The notes below the pieces were generated by a model, which was not told the origin of the DNA, did no database searches, and worked only from the letters and a program-made list of their open reading frames with translations. Below are positions 54,767 through 63,486 of a stretch of 64,000 nucleotides of DNA, one piece after another. Within the stretch, counting starts at the first letter, position 1. Each line of letters starts with the position of its first letter. The position numbers were made by a program, and so were the translations under genes. Origin of the DNA: Deltaproteobacteria bacterium (GTDB taxonomy: Bacteria; Desulfobacterota; Syntrophobacteria; BM002); the NCBI GenBank assembly GCA_037384945.1, contig JARRNM010000016.1:6913-70912 (forward strand), written 5' to 3'.

Positions 54767-55790
54767 TCATTCCACAATACTCTCTCTGAGGGCGTGGAGA
54801 TGCGGAACCGGAACTGACATGCACTGGTCACGATCCGGGTTATAGGCGAAACGGTAGGACAATCCCATGTTGCCCTGGCGGTACATGACCTCCCAGCCTC
54901 TGACCACAAATGGACATGCATCGTTGAAACAGACAAAGAGGAATTCCATGTCCCATCCTGTGAAGGGGTTCTGAGGCAATTGCCATTTCAGTAAACCCTC
55001 CTTGCAGTGGGGACACTCCAGTGTATGTTTCACCGCTGATTTTCTGCGCTCGAGTTCCCCTGGATCTGGGAGATCCGTAAGGGGCCACATTGATGAAAGG
55101 TCAGGCCTTTTGCTCCTCCCCCCTCCACTTTTTTCGGCATATACCGCATAGATGGGGTCGCTGGGAATGCCGAGATGGGCATACTTGTCGTCCCTGGGCC
55201 TCGGCTTCCCTTTTGAGACGAACACCCGTGGACTTCTAAAGACACCCGCCCGCTTGAAGAACTCTTCAACCAGCACAACCCGCTCATCCTCTCCAGACTG
55301 GCGCCAGATCTTAACCGCCTTTTGCTCGAACATGCGATTGGAGAAAATTACCAGCCTCGAGAGGTCTGGTTATGTAGTCTACGGATACCACATTGAGGAC
55401 AGCATCAAAGGTCTCTTCTGCAAAGGGTAGAGAGGGGATCTTATTCAAATCGTGATAGATCCAATCAGTCAAATTTTTATTGCGCGAGAGCTCATTACGG
55501 TTGAGACCAAGTCCCACAACTCTCTCGGCATGAATGGTGGGAGGAATGTGGGAATCCCAGCCAGCCATCAAGTCCAAAATAATTGGGTTATGCTCAATGA
55601 CAAGCTCACCGATTATCCTTTCCACAGTTGACAGGGCAAGAGAGTCTATATGCTGAACGAATCGATCAGCGGCATAAAATATGGAGTCATCTGATTCGTC
55701 CAACCTGGAGAATGAATCATCGCCTTGGAGAAATTCCCGAAAGAAGGATTCAGTGTGAGCCTGGAGCTTCTCAGCCTTTTTATCTTTCAT
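54767..55790 (-). pseudogene. Class I SAM-dependent methyltransferase-like gene with a C-terminal zinc-ribbon domain, reading frame broken
   Basis: ORF 55311..55790 ends ..FDAVLNVVSVDYITRPLEAGNFLQSHVRAKGG*. ORF 54767..55333 continues in the +1 frame (..LVIFSNR)MFEQKAVKIWRQ... The span is 1024 nt (3n+1). The segment expected between RPLE and FSNR (the RVLKPGG-type motif III) is missing. The junction is at an A4 run (55344-55347). Confidence 0.6.
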
Positions 55791-55791
55791 C

Positions 55792-56243
55792 TTATTTCTT
55801 CTCCAGCCTTTCCAGAACCTTTGGCACCGTATCTTTGGGGCTAACCTTGTACCAGGTCTGCATTACTTCCCCCTCCTCGTCCAGGAGCAGAGCGGAACGG
55901 ATGATGCCCTCGTACTTTTTGCCGTACATAGACTTCTCCCCCCAGGCGCCGTAGGCTTGAGCCACCTGATTGTCCCGGTCGGAGAGCAAGGTAAATCCGA
56001 GTTTTGCTTACCCGGGGCATCCGGACTTATGCCAATGACATCGACGCCGAGATCGGCCAGTTCCGCCCTGGCGTCTCTCACACTGCATGCCTGTTTGGTG
56101 CAGCCGGGGGTATCCGCCTTCGGGTAAAAGTAGACGAGGAGTTTCCTCCCCATGAAATCCTGAAGACACCCATCTTTTTCATCTTGATTACTGAGCTTGA
56201 AGTTAGGAGCCTGATCTCCTGATTGCAATTTGGCCATGTACAC
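55792..56243 (-). pseudogene. bcp: Thiol peroxidase Bcp (peroxiredoxin), frameshifted
   Basis: ORF 55863..56243 is good up to ..YFYPKADTPGCTKQAC..VIGISPDAPGKQ and then reads junk. ORF 55792..55989 reads LSDRDNQVAQAYGAWGEKSMYGKKYEG... The span is 452 nt (3n+2). One extra base in the T4/A4 run (56002-56005) gives ..GKQKLGFTLLSDRDNQ... Confidence 0.8.
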
Positions 56244-56280
56244 ATCTCCTTGCTTGTTGATCTTCTAAAAATGATACCGA

Positions 56281-56328
56281 AAAATTAAGCAGGCTCCTCT
56301 TTTTGTCAATACGCAGGCAAAGAGGAGC
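56281..56328 (-). terminator. Probable rho-independent terminator (minus strand)
   Basis: A GCTCCTCTTT/AAAGAGGAGC 10-bp stem (56293-56302 and 56319-56328) with a 16-nt loop, followed on the minus strand by CTGCTTAATTTTT. Confidence 0.5.
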
Positions 56329-56895
56329 AGGGAATAACCCACTATGGTAAAACCTTGCCAGAACCTCAGTGGTATAACCTGATCTTTGCATTGGGTCCCC
56401 CGAAAAACGATTTCTTTATCAGTCCTTACCTGGCGATTGCGTTCGACCCACCCTACTAGTTTTATCGCAATTGGTTTCACCGCCGGTGCGATCTCTTCAC
56501 AACCGGGGGTGTTGTGCCCAATCTTGTTTGGTTGAATAATCCTAAAAAGCTGATCCACATACTTTCTGTTTGCACCAGGCAAGGATAGCCGAGTTCCTCT
56601 CCTGTGCCATCTTTGAATACACTATGTCACCAAATCTATGGATATTTTGTTGAAGTATGATTATATTGCAAAAAGAAAGAATGTCAGGCGTACGTCGACG
56701 GGTGTTCCCGCATAACTTTTCAGTTTTAGTGAACATTTCAAAGTGCACAAAACCTCCCTGTGAAGCAACAGCTTTCCGTGTATTTTTTCGACAGCATAGT
56801 GGACCTGGTATTGCCGAATAAAGTAAGTTTTCTTTCTTGTTTGTAAAGTGTTCTGTGAAGGTGTTGCGAAAAGACTGCGCCTGCTCTTGCAGGAA

Positions 56896-57205
56896 TTAAA
56901 TTTGCTGAATGCCATTGACCATAAACTGGACCGCAATTACGGCAAGCAAAAGGCCCATAAGACGGGTAACAACTCGTGTGCCGCCTGCACCAAGAAATGC
57001 GCTTATCCTCTGTCTTCCTTCTTATTGGTTTCTTTTTACAGCAGGGTACGTATAATTAGCGTCTCCTTGAATTCATCTTCTTGAGCCGGAAAATACATAG
57101 CACAAGGAGAAGGGGTGCGCCAACCGGGTAGGGAGTCAGCTCCAGGAAAAAAGCTCCCAGCGTCGCTATCATCAGCAGTGCTAGTGTCAACAGAGACCAA
57201 TCCAT
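56896..57205 (-). pseudogene. Remnant of a MarC-family (UPF0056) membrane protein gene with a large internal deletion
   Basis: My translation gives an N-terminal fragment MDWSLLTLALLMIATLGAFFLELTPYPVGAPLLLVL.. (57205..57056, then a stop). A C-terminal fragment reads ..AFLGAGGTRVVTRLMGLLLAVIAVQFMVNGIQQI* (about 57015..56896). The roughly 120 residues expected between them are absent. Confidence 0.45.
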
Positions 57206-57235
57206 ATGGTATCCTTTATCCTTGAACCAAAAATA

Positions 57236-57512
57236 TTACCTATCTAGCAACTCTTCAATGCGATCTATGGCAATTTTGCAGACCATGAGGTAGGGGCCGG
57301 ATTTCTTATATCTTTTTGCCGTTCCCACGCCCCAGGCGGTAAAGTAAATGAAGGCTGCCGTTGCGAGTCTCCGACCCTTCCAGAAAGACGCTTTCGTCTC
57401 CTGCAGCCTCATTGCAGAGAAGAGCGTTCGCCTCGTGGATTTGTTCAGCCAGGGGTAAACTGCGGTCAATATATACTGAAAAGTATCTCTCATCCTTTCT
57501 CCCAGTTTCCAT
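57236..57512 (-). pseudogene. Hypothetical small protein, apparently frameshifted at an A5/T5 run
   Basis: AAAGGAG precedes an ATG at 57512: METGRKDERYFSVYIDRSLPLAEQIHEANALL..GRGNGKKI*. The +1 frame continues ..KRYKKSGPYLMVCKIAIDRIEELLDR* to 57236. The junction is the run at 57313-57317. Confidence 0.35.
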
Positions 57513-57568
57513 GTGATACTCCTTTCCGCTCCTTATGTACAAATCTCGGTATGGATTTATCGGTTACA

Positions 57569-58681
57569 TCAGGCTGCATCCACACCCCAATCTCTTGAGT
57601 TCGGCACTCTTGCTAAGGCGGATTGAATTTTGACAAATTCGCCCACATTCTCCGTGGTGAAGAGACCAATGAGATGACCATTTTCCAAGACCGGGAGAGT
57701 CTGGCAGTTACATGAGTTTAATTTTAGAAATGCTGTTTCCAACATTTCGAGAGCGTCAACTGAAGCAAATTCCCGCATCATTACCTCACTCACGGAAGTC
57801 TCTCGATCACTGCGCTGCAGCACATCGAAGAGAATGGGCTGGACCAGAATGCCTTTTACCTCCCCATCCTCGACAACGGGAAAGTCAGTCTGAGAAGTGG
57901 TAAGGGTAAGTTCAATAGCACGTGCCAGGGAGTCGGAGGGACTAAGGGTAGTAAACTCTGTAATCATCGCCTTCTTCACGGGAATGTCTCTCATGGCGGA
58001 TTTCATGTGAACCATGCTTGCTTCCTGAGCGGCACCAAGCCAGACAAAGATAGCGATAAATAGTAAAAAGGGGTTGGTGAATAAACCAAGAACCCCAAAA
58101 ATAAATGCCATACCCTGGCCGATGTTTGCAGCATATTGAGTAGCACGGCTGTAGTGCAAGCGAGTCGCTAACAAAGCACGTAAGACCCGGCCCCCATCCA
58201 TGGGAAATGCCGGTAACATATTGAAGAGTGCCAGAAATACATTTGCGCTCAGCAGCCGTTCAGCGAAAGGGCCGGTTGTCAGAGTAAGATTGTGTAAAGG
58301 TTCAAATGTATTGCTGACCTGAAGCCAGACGAGTAAAACAAAGGCTATGATAACGTTTACCGCCGGACCGGCTAGCGCGACCCAGAGCTCTTGCCGGGGA
58401 TCTTCTGGCACCCTCTCCAACCGGGCAACACCACCGATAGGTAGGAGAATGATATCTCTTGTCTTTATTCCATACCTTTGAGCAGTTAATGCGTGACCAA
58501 ACTCGTGAAGGACAACACACGAGAAGAGAGCAAGTATAAAGATTAGCCCCTCTAACATGGAGAGGAACCCAGCTCCCCTCGTCCAGTAGATAAAACCCAG
58601 CCATCCTAAAAGAAGGACGAAGCTGAGATGAAGATAGACATCTATCCCAGCAAATGTACCAAGCTTTAGCTTCCATTTCAT
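57569..58681 (-). CDS. Site-2 (M50) family zinc metalloprotease with a C-terminal CBS pair
   Basis: 370 aa. Contains HEFGHALTAQRYG (HExxH), the second metal-site region NMLPAFPMDGGRV and two CBS domains. Confidence 0.88.
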   Translation of the reverse strand: MKWKLKLGTFAGIDVYLHLSFVLLLGWLGFIYWTRGAGFLSMLEGLIFILALFSCVVLHEFGHALTAQRYGIKTRDIILLPIGGVARLERVPEDPRQELWVALAGPAVNVIIAFVLLVWLQVSNTFEPLHNLTLTTGPFAERLLSANVFLALFNMLPAFPMDGGRVLRALLATRLHYSRATQYAANIGQGMAFIFGVLGLFTNPFLLFIAIFVWLGAAQEASMVHMKSAMRDIPVKKAMITEFTTLSPSDSLARAIELTLTTSQTDFPVVEDGEVKGILVQPILFDVLQRSDRETSVSEVMMREFASVDALEMLETAFLKLNSCNCQTLPVLENGHLIGLFTTENVGEFVKIQSALARVPNSRDWGVDAA

Positions 58682-59075
58682 TTTCTAACTCCATGTTGTT
58701 AATTGTGGGAAAATTACTGCCAACACCTAGATAAGACCAAAGTTGATCCTAAAATAAGCCTGATACGGTTTTATTCAATGGTATAAAAAAATAGGTAAAA
58801 TAGTAGCTGAATACTACTAGTTTTCCCCGCGTATCCCCGAATCTTCAGCCTCTCATGTCTGCCATGACAACTTGAGATACTATTCGCCATCTTGCCCTCG
58901 ACTCCGCCATACTGATGGCAAGTCGATCCAGCTTTACCATTCCAACCGAGCAATGAGAGGGCTAAAGAGAGGGCTTAAGTGGACGGGGTGAGTTTTAGTG
59001 GAGTAGTAAAGGAAAGGCAATGAGACCTAAGAATGCTTGATCACTATCCCCAGATACCCATCTACGCTAAGTTCA

Positions 59076-59567
59076 TCACTTAACACGAAGTTCCACGACA
59101 TTTTGGAATCTCCGCACCAGGTAGTACGTTTGCACCTCCACCCGCAGAAGAGCACAGGTGGGTGAGCGGACAAATTCTTCCAACATGGGATGTTTGGTCA
59201 GGTAAATGGCCAGGACCTCATCTCTTTTTGAATCCACTACCTCTTTGGCTGAGCCGGTTGCGGTAACAGCTGCAGCTTGAGAAAAATCAGAGTTCTGATT
59301 CGAACGATTGTCAATCAACATTGTGACTCTGGCATCAGCCTCGATGTTGGCATACTTGCGGGTGGCTCGAGCCGTGGCAAAGTACAAACTCTTCAAGTCG
59401 TTGCTGGCGGCAAAGGCCACCAGGTTGGCGTAGGGTTGTCCGCCGCGTTGGGTACCGAGCACTGCTAACCGTTGGGAGGAGAATAATTCTCTTATCACCT
59501 CTGTAAGTTCCAGTTCTTCCTTAAGCGCGGAAACCGTCCCGGTTCCGCAACCCTTCACTTGATCCAC
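59076..59567 (-). CDS. Pyridoxamine 5'-phosphate oxidase-like FMN-binding split-barrel protein
   Basis: 163 aa. The pattern is LAVLGTQRGGQPYANLVAF..LYFATARATRKYANIEADARVTMLID. Confidence 0.7.
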   Translation of the reverse strand: MDQVKGCGTGTVSALKEELELTEVIRELFSSQRLAVLGTQRGGQPYANLVAFAASNDLKSLYFATARATRKYANIEADARVTMLIDNRSNQNSDFSQAAAVTATGSAKEVVDSKRDEVLAIYLTKHPMLEEFVRSPTCALLRVEVQTYYLVRRFQNVVELRVK

Positions 59568-59570
59568 CTC

Positions 59571-60470
59571 TCACCTCCACTGGCTGGCTTTTTCAAACTC
59601 TTTGAGAACTTCAAGTGCCTTCAGGGCGCTCTTTTCTTTGTCTTTTATCTCCAGCATTAGATCAAAGTCTAATGTTCCGCTCTCGTGGAGAAACTTCTTG
59701 AACATTGCTGGGTTCAGCGTCTTTGCGTGCGATCCAGGCCTCTGGCCTCTCTGCTGACTACTATAGTCCACCATGGGAATGCCATCTGCTTCTTTCCAGG
59801 TACTCGCTGCCAGTTCCAAACCTTGTCGCAGTGTTTCACCGTTGTTGAGGCATTGGTGGTGAAAGGCGTCGAATAGTATGGGAATTCCAATTTTTTCGTG
59901 TACCGACAAACAATCTTCCAGGCCATATGATCTGTCGTCATTCTCAATAACCAACCTGCTTTTAAGCGACCCGCTCAAAGAGTCGTAGGTGTCAACGAAT
60001 CTATCAATGGCCGAGTGCTTGTGGCCATATACTCCACCCACATGAATCTGGATCTTGGCGGTGCTGTCCAGGGCCATTTTATCGAGGACGGTACAGTGAT
60101 AATCGAGCTCTTTTACACTTCGCTCCACCACATCGTCCTTCAGCGCGTTGATGAGGACAAACTGGTCAGGATGCATGGAAATCCTTATTTTGTGCTCCTT
60201 AATGAACTTACCGATTTTTCCGAACTGCCCACTAAAATGACCGGCCCAGTCGAAGGTGCAAACGGGGTGTGAGGCGAAAGGGACCAGGTCAGAGCTTATT
60301 CTAAAAAAGTGGAAACCATTCTGAACGTTGTAGTGCAAAATCTCAAAGAGGCAGTTCAAATTGTTTTCCACTTTTTGAACCAGGAGTTCGTCCGTGTAGG
60401 AAGCCAGTCTGAAAGTGGAATTGGCCGTGCAACCGATTCCGCGATTTATGCAGGGATATCCTATTTTCAT
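59571..60470 (-). CDS. uvsE: UV damage endonuclease UvdE/UvsE
   Basis: MKIGYPCIN.., FFRISSDLVPFASHP, ISMHPDQF, HVGGVYG, IENDDRSY and FDAFHH are present. I chose the ATG at 60470. Confidence 0.9.
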   Translation of the reverse strand: MKIGYPCINRGIGCTANSTFRLASYTDELLVQKVENNLNCLFEILHYNVQNGFHFFRISSDLVPFASHPVCTFDWAGHFSGQFGKIGKFIKEHKIRISMHPDQFVLINALKDDVVERSVKELDYHCTVLDKMALDSTAKIQIHVGGVYGHKHSAIDRFVDTYDSLSGSLKSRLVIENDDRSYGLEDCLSVHEKIGIPILFDAFHHQCLNNGETLRQGLELAASTWKEADGIPMVDYSSQQRGQRPGSHAKTLNPAMFKKFLHESGTLDFDLMLEIKDKEKSALKALEVLKEFEKASQWR

Positions 60471-60643
60471 AACATCTTCCTGGAAATCCGAAAAATATCG
60501 GATAGGATAAATATAGTGCCGGCCCGCTGAACTTACAACTCCTCGATTTGGCACAATTTGTTAGATAACGACTATTCGGGTTGTCAACAAGGGGAGATGA
60601 GACAAAGTGCAACAAGACAAGGGGAAATATTTTTCAGAGACTC

Positions 60644-60672
60644 TTGACGGAGAGAAATGGAGTTCTTAACAT
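60644..60672 (+). promoter_or_regulatory. Candidate sigma-70 promoter for the 53-aa ORF
   Basis: TTGACG (60644-60649), a 17-nt spacer, then TAACAT (60667-60672). Confidence 0.4.
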
Positions 60673-60760
60673 TTCGCCCAACATGGAATCATTTTGATTC
60701 AAAACCTTTTTAACCCTAGGATAAGAACTCGAGACAAAACACGAAAAGAGGAGGTTAGTC

Positions 60761-60922
60761 ATGGCCGAGGCAACGAAAAGTTCAATGGTTTACGTCTACG
60801 ACAAAGAGGGGAATGCTTACATCTGTAACATCGAAGATTTAAAAGATGCGTCAACTGTAAGCGATGAAGAGAAAGCTGATTGCACTGATTTAGATCGGGG
60901 CGGATTTAGCAGAAACGAGTAA
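60761..60922 (+). CDS. Unannotated small acidic protein (53 aa)
   Basis: Below the ORF-track cutoff. AAGAGGAGG lies 7 nt upstream. The sequence is MAEATKSSMVYVYDKEGNAYICNIEDLKDASTVSDEEKADCTDLDRGGFSRNE*. A clean terminator follows. Confidence 0.6.
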   Translation: MAEATKSSMVYVYDKEGNAYICNIEDLKDASTVSDEEKADCTDLDRGGFSRNE

Positions 60923-60970
60923 GAATATGAGGCTTTTAATGTGATAGACTAGTGCGCAGTCTTAATAAGA

Positions 60971-60999
60971 AAAGCGAGTTAATTTAACTCGCTTTTTTT
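60971..60999 (+). terminator. Rho-independent terminator
   Basis: AAAGCGAGTTaatttAACTCGCTTTTTTT. Confidence 0.8.
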
Positions 61000-61039
61000 G
61001 TCGAGTTAATTATGGTGATACCAAGAGAATTAATTACAG

Positions 61040-61284
61040 AAATCTTCAATCCACATTCTACAATCTGAAAGTAAAGAATTCAGTAATCAACGGTCAGCGG
61101 TAAGTAGCAAAAGGTAGATGGTTATCGAGCATCCAAAATCTCAATTCGGCAAAGTCTCGATTGTTCAATCGTAAATCCCCAATCTTCTCCATGCCTTATG
61201 CCCTGTGCCCTATGCCATCCCAAATCCGCAATCCGAATTCCACACTCCGAAATCTAACCGCTGCCTACTGCCAGCTGCCTGCTG
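61040..61284. repeat. Heptamer arrays extending into the last 10 codons of the VWA gene
   Basis: In phase from 61194: CCTTATG CCCTGTG CCCTATG CCATCCC AAATCCG CAATCCG AATTCCA CACTCCG AAATCTA ACCGCTG CCTACTG CCAGCTG CCTGCTG. The VWA stop is at 61254-61256. Confidence 0.8.
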
Positions 61285-62480
61285 GCTTTCTTAGGGGATG
61301 CCCCGGAATTCAGCCACTCCACCGCCCGCCTGATGCCGGCCAGGGTCAGTTCTTCCATGGGAAAAATTTCGCCTATTTGCTTGATGGTTTGGCTTTCCCG
61401 GGGCCAGTGAGACCGGGGGATGGGGTTGAGCCACACACTATGGCCGAAGTTGTTGCGAATTTGCCAGAGCCAGTCCCGCCCGGGCACTCTAATCTTGGAA
61501 AAATAATCCATAGCGCCGTCCGAGAGCATGAGTTCGGCCGGAGCCATGTTGGCATCTCCTATAATTATCACCCTGGTTTCAGGATCCCGTCTTAACATCT
61601 GGTAAATTGGATATGCGGCCAGACGTTGGGGATCGCTGTAAACGCAGCCGTAGATACAATTGTGGAAATAATAGTAGTCGAGGTCCTTGAACTGGTCGCG
61701 CATGAGGCCGAAGACCAGCTTTACCAGATCCAAATAAGGGCGCATGGAGGCGCCACCATTATCCAACAATACCATGAGCTGAATGCGATCTCTCAACTCT
61801 CTCCTAAATACCAACTCGATTTCCCCGCCGTTTCTGCAAGATTGGTCAATGGATTCGTCAACATCAAGTTCGGTGGGAGGGCCTGCTGGAGTCATGTGTT
61901 TAAGTGCTGCCAGTACCTGTCGGAGGTTTTTGGCCCTGAGAGTGGTAGAGGCGGCGTAATCTACATAACGGCGGGACTCTATGATCTTCAGGGCTCCACC
62001 GTGCAGGGGGTCGCCTTCCGCCCGAATGCCTTCGCGTTGTGCCCCGGTGTGGCCGAAGGCTGAACCGCCTCCGGTACCGACCCAGGTGTGACCGCCACGG
62101 TGTTTTTCCCTCTGCTCCCTGGCCACTTCCCAGAATCTCTGGAGCAACTCTGGCAGAGAAAGGTTCTCCAAATCATGATCAGAGAACCTCCCTTTCGCCA
62201 GTTCTTCTTCCAGCCAGCGGCTGAAAGCTTTGTCGTCCCAAGCCTGTTGAGTGAAGCGGGGGATGGTATCGCCCTCGGCGCCCAGAAAATAGGCGGCAAA
62301 GGCTTGTTCGAAAGCGTCGAAATGTTCCACTTTCTTAATAAAAATAAGACGCATCAAAATGAACAGCCGGTCCAGGTCAAGGACAATCCCCTTTTCCAGG
62401 GCCTGGTAGAATTCCAGCACATAGCGGAGGCTAATGGGGATACCCTGATCCCGCAACTGATAAAAGAAAGGAAGGAACAT
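61254..62480 (-). CDS. VWA-domain protein (CoxE-like partner of the MoxR ATPase)
   Basis: 408 aa, translationally adjacent to the AAA gene. The C-terminal half has the VWA-like MIDAS region (VLLDNGGASM ... IIIGDANM). Confidence 0.7.
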   Translation of the reverse strand: MFLPFFYQLRDQGIPISLRYVLEFYQALEKGIVLDLDRLFILMRLIFIKKVEHFDAFEQAFAAYFLGAEGDTIPRFTQQAWDDKAFSRWLEEELAKGRFSDHDLENLSLPELLQRFWEVAREQREKHRGGHTWVGTGGGSAFGHTGAQREGIRAEGDPLHGGALKIIESRRYVDYAASTTLRAKNLRQVLAALKHMTPAGPPTELDVDESIDQSCRNGGEIELVFRRELRDRIQLMVLLDNGGASMRPYLDLVKLVFGLMRDQFKDLDYYYFHNCIYGCVYSDPQRLAAYPIYQMLRRDPETRVIIIGDANMAPAELMLSDGAMDYFSKIRVPGRDWLWQIRNNFGHSVWLNPIPRSHWPRESQTIKQIGEIFPMEELTLAGIRRAVEWLNSGASPKKASRQLAVGSG

Positions 62481-62488
62481 CTTTTCCT

Positions 62489-63304
62489 CTAACTTTTTCC
62501 TTGTTTGTGATGGAGTAGGTCCTGAGTGCGTTTTAGCAGGGTTCCAAGGAAAGGAAGAGCATCCGGAGAGAGTGGTGGTCTCACCCCATCGAGTTGCAAT
62601 GCTCCCAGCCAGTCCAATAGTTCCGCAGTAGCGGGTGGTTTTTCAAATCCCCCTTGGCGCAGATGATAGAAGATGGCAAGGGCTGAATCCAAAAGGGGAG
62701 CAGTAATTTCGGGGTAGTGCAGCCGGACGATCCGGCCCATTTCTTCCATGTCGGGAAAGGGAATGTGATGGCAGTAACAGCGCCTCAGGAAGGGATCGGA
62801 AAGCTCTCTTTTGGCGTTGCTGGTAATGACGATAACGGGCATATACTTGGCTTTCACCTTGTGGTTGATCTCCCGAATGATGAAAGATCCGTCTTCCAGC
62901 ACGTCCAATAAGTTGTCTTGAGTGTCTGAATCGGTCTTGTCTATCTCGTCCAACAAAAGAACCCGTCTTTCGTCTGCCATGAAAGCACGACCAATAGGAC
63001 CGAAACTCAAATAATCCCAAATATCATTTACATCTCTGCCGCTTTCTTCTGTACCGAAGCGGGAGTCGTTGAGACGCAAAACCGTATCATAAATGTAGCA
63101 GAGTTCTTCTCCCTTGAATGTCGACTTGCAACGAGCCTCTTCCAGGGTAAGATCAAGAGCCCGGGCAATTTGGAAGGCCAGTTGAGTCTTGCCGGTTCCG
63201 GCCTCACCAGTGACCAGCAAAGGCTTCTCCATGGCCATGGCTATGTTGACAATCTCTTTGAGCTCGGGATTGAGGTAGTACTTGTCGGTACCATGAAATT
63301 GCAT
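62489..63304 (-). CDS. MoxR-like AAA+ ATPase (CoxD/CbbQ-like)
   Basis: 271 aa. Walker A GEAGTGKTQLAFQIA, Walker B LLLDEIDK and sensor regions. Confidence 0.85.
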   Translation of the reverse strand: MQFHGTDKYYLNPELKEIVNIAMAMEKPLLVTGEAGTGKTQLAFQIARALDLTLEEARCKSTFKGEELCYIYDTVLRLNDSRFGTEESGRDVNDIWDYLSFGPIGRAFMADERRVLLLDEIDKTDSDTQDNLLDVLEDGSFIIREINHKVKAKYMPVIVITSNAKRELSDPFLRRCYCHHIPFPDMEEMGRIVRLHYPEITAPLLDSALAIFYHLRQGGFEKPPATAELLDWLGALQLDGVRPPLSPDALPFLGTLLKRTQDLLHHKQGKS

Positions 63305-63486
63305 TTAGCCCTCTCTTTGCATTTTTTGTCATGTTTTCCAAAGGTTAAAGTTATTCTAGCGAATCGAAAGAAAAAAGGCAATTCAGGCTCCTCTTTTCCA
63401 GGAGTTTCCACATTGCTTCCATCAGGCGACATACTTATAGTTAGGGAAGTAAGTCTTGAGAGAAAAACTTCTGAGGAGTGGATGAA

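Noticed and set aside
56440-56465. TAGGGTGGGTCGAACGC resembling a T-box sequence
   Set aside because: It is only a partial match to GGGTGGNACCGCG. The terminator is about 110 nt away rather than adjacent, no Stem I or specifier features were seen, and the downstream gene (bcp) is not amino-acid related.
9265-61284. Could the repeat arrays be CRISPR arrays?
   Set aside because: The units are 7-9 nt and drift continuously. There is no constant 24-40-nt repeat alternating with unique spacers, no leader and no cas genes in the window.
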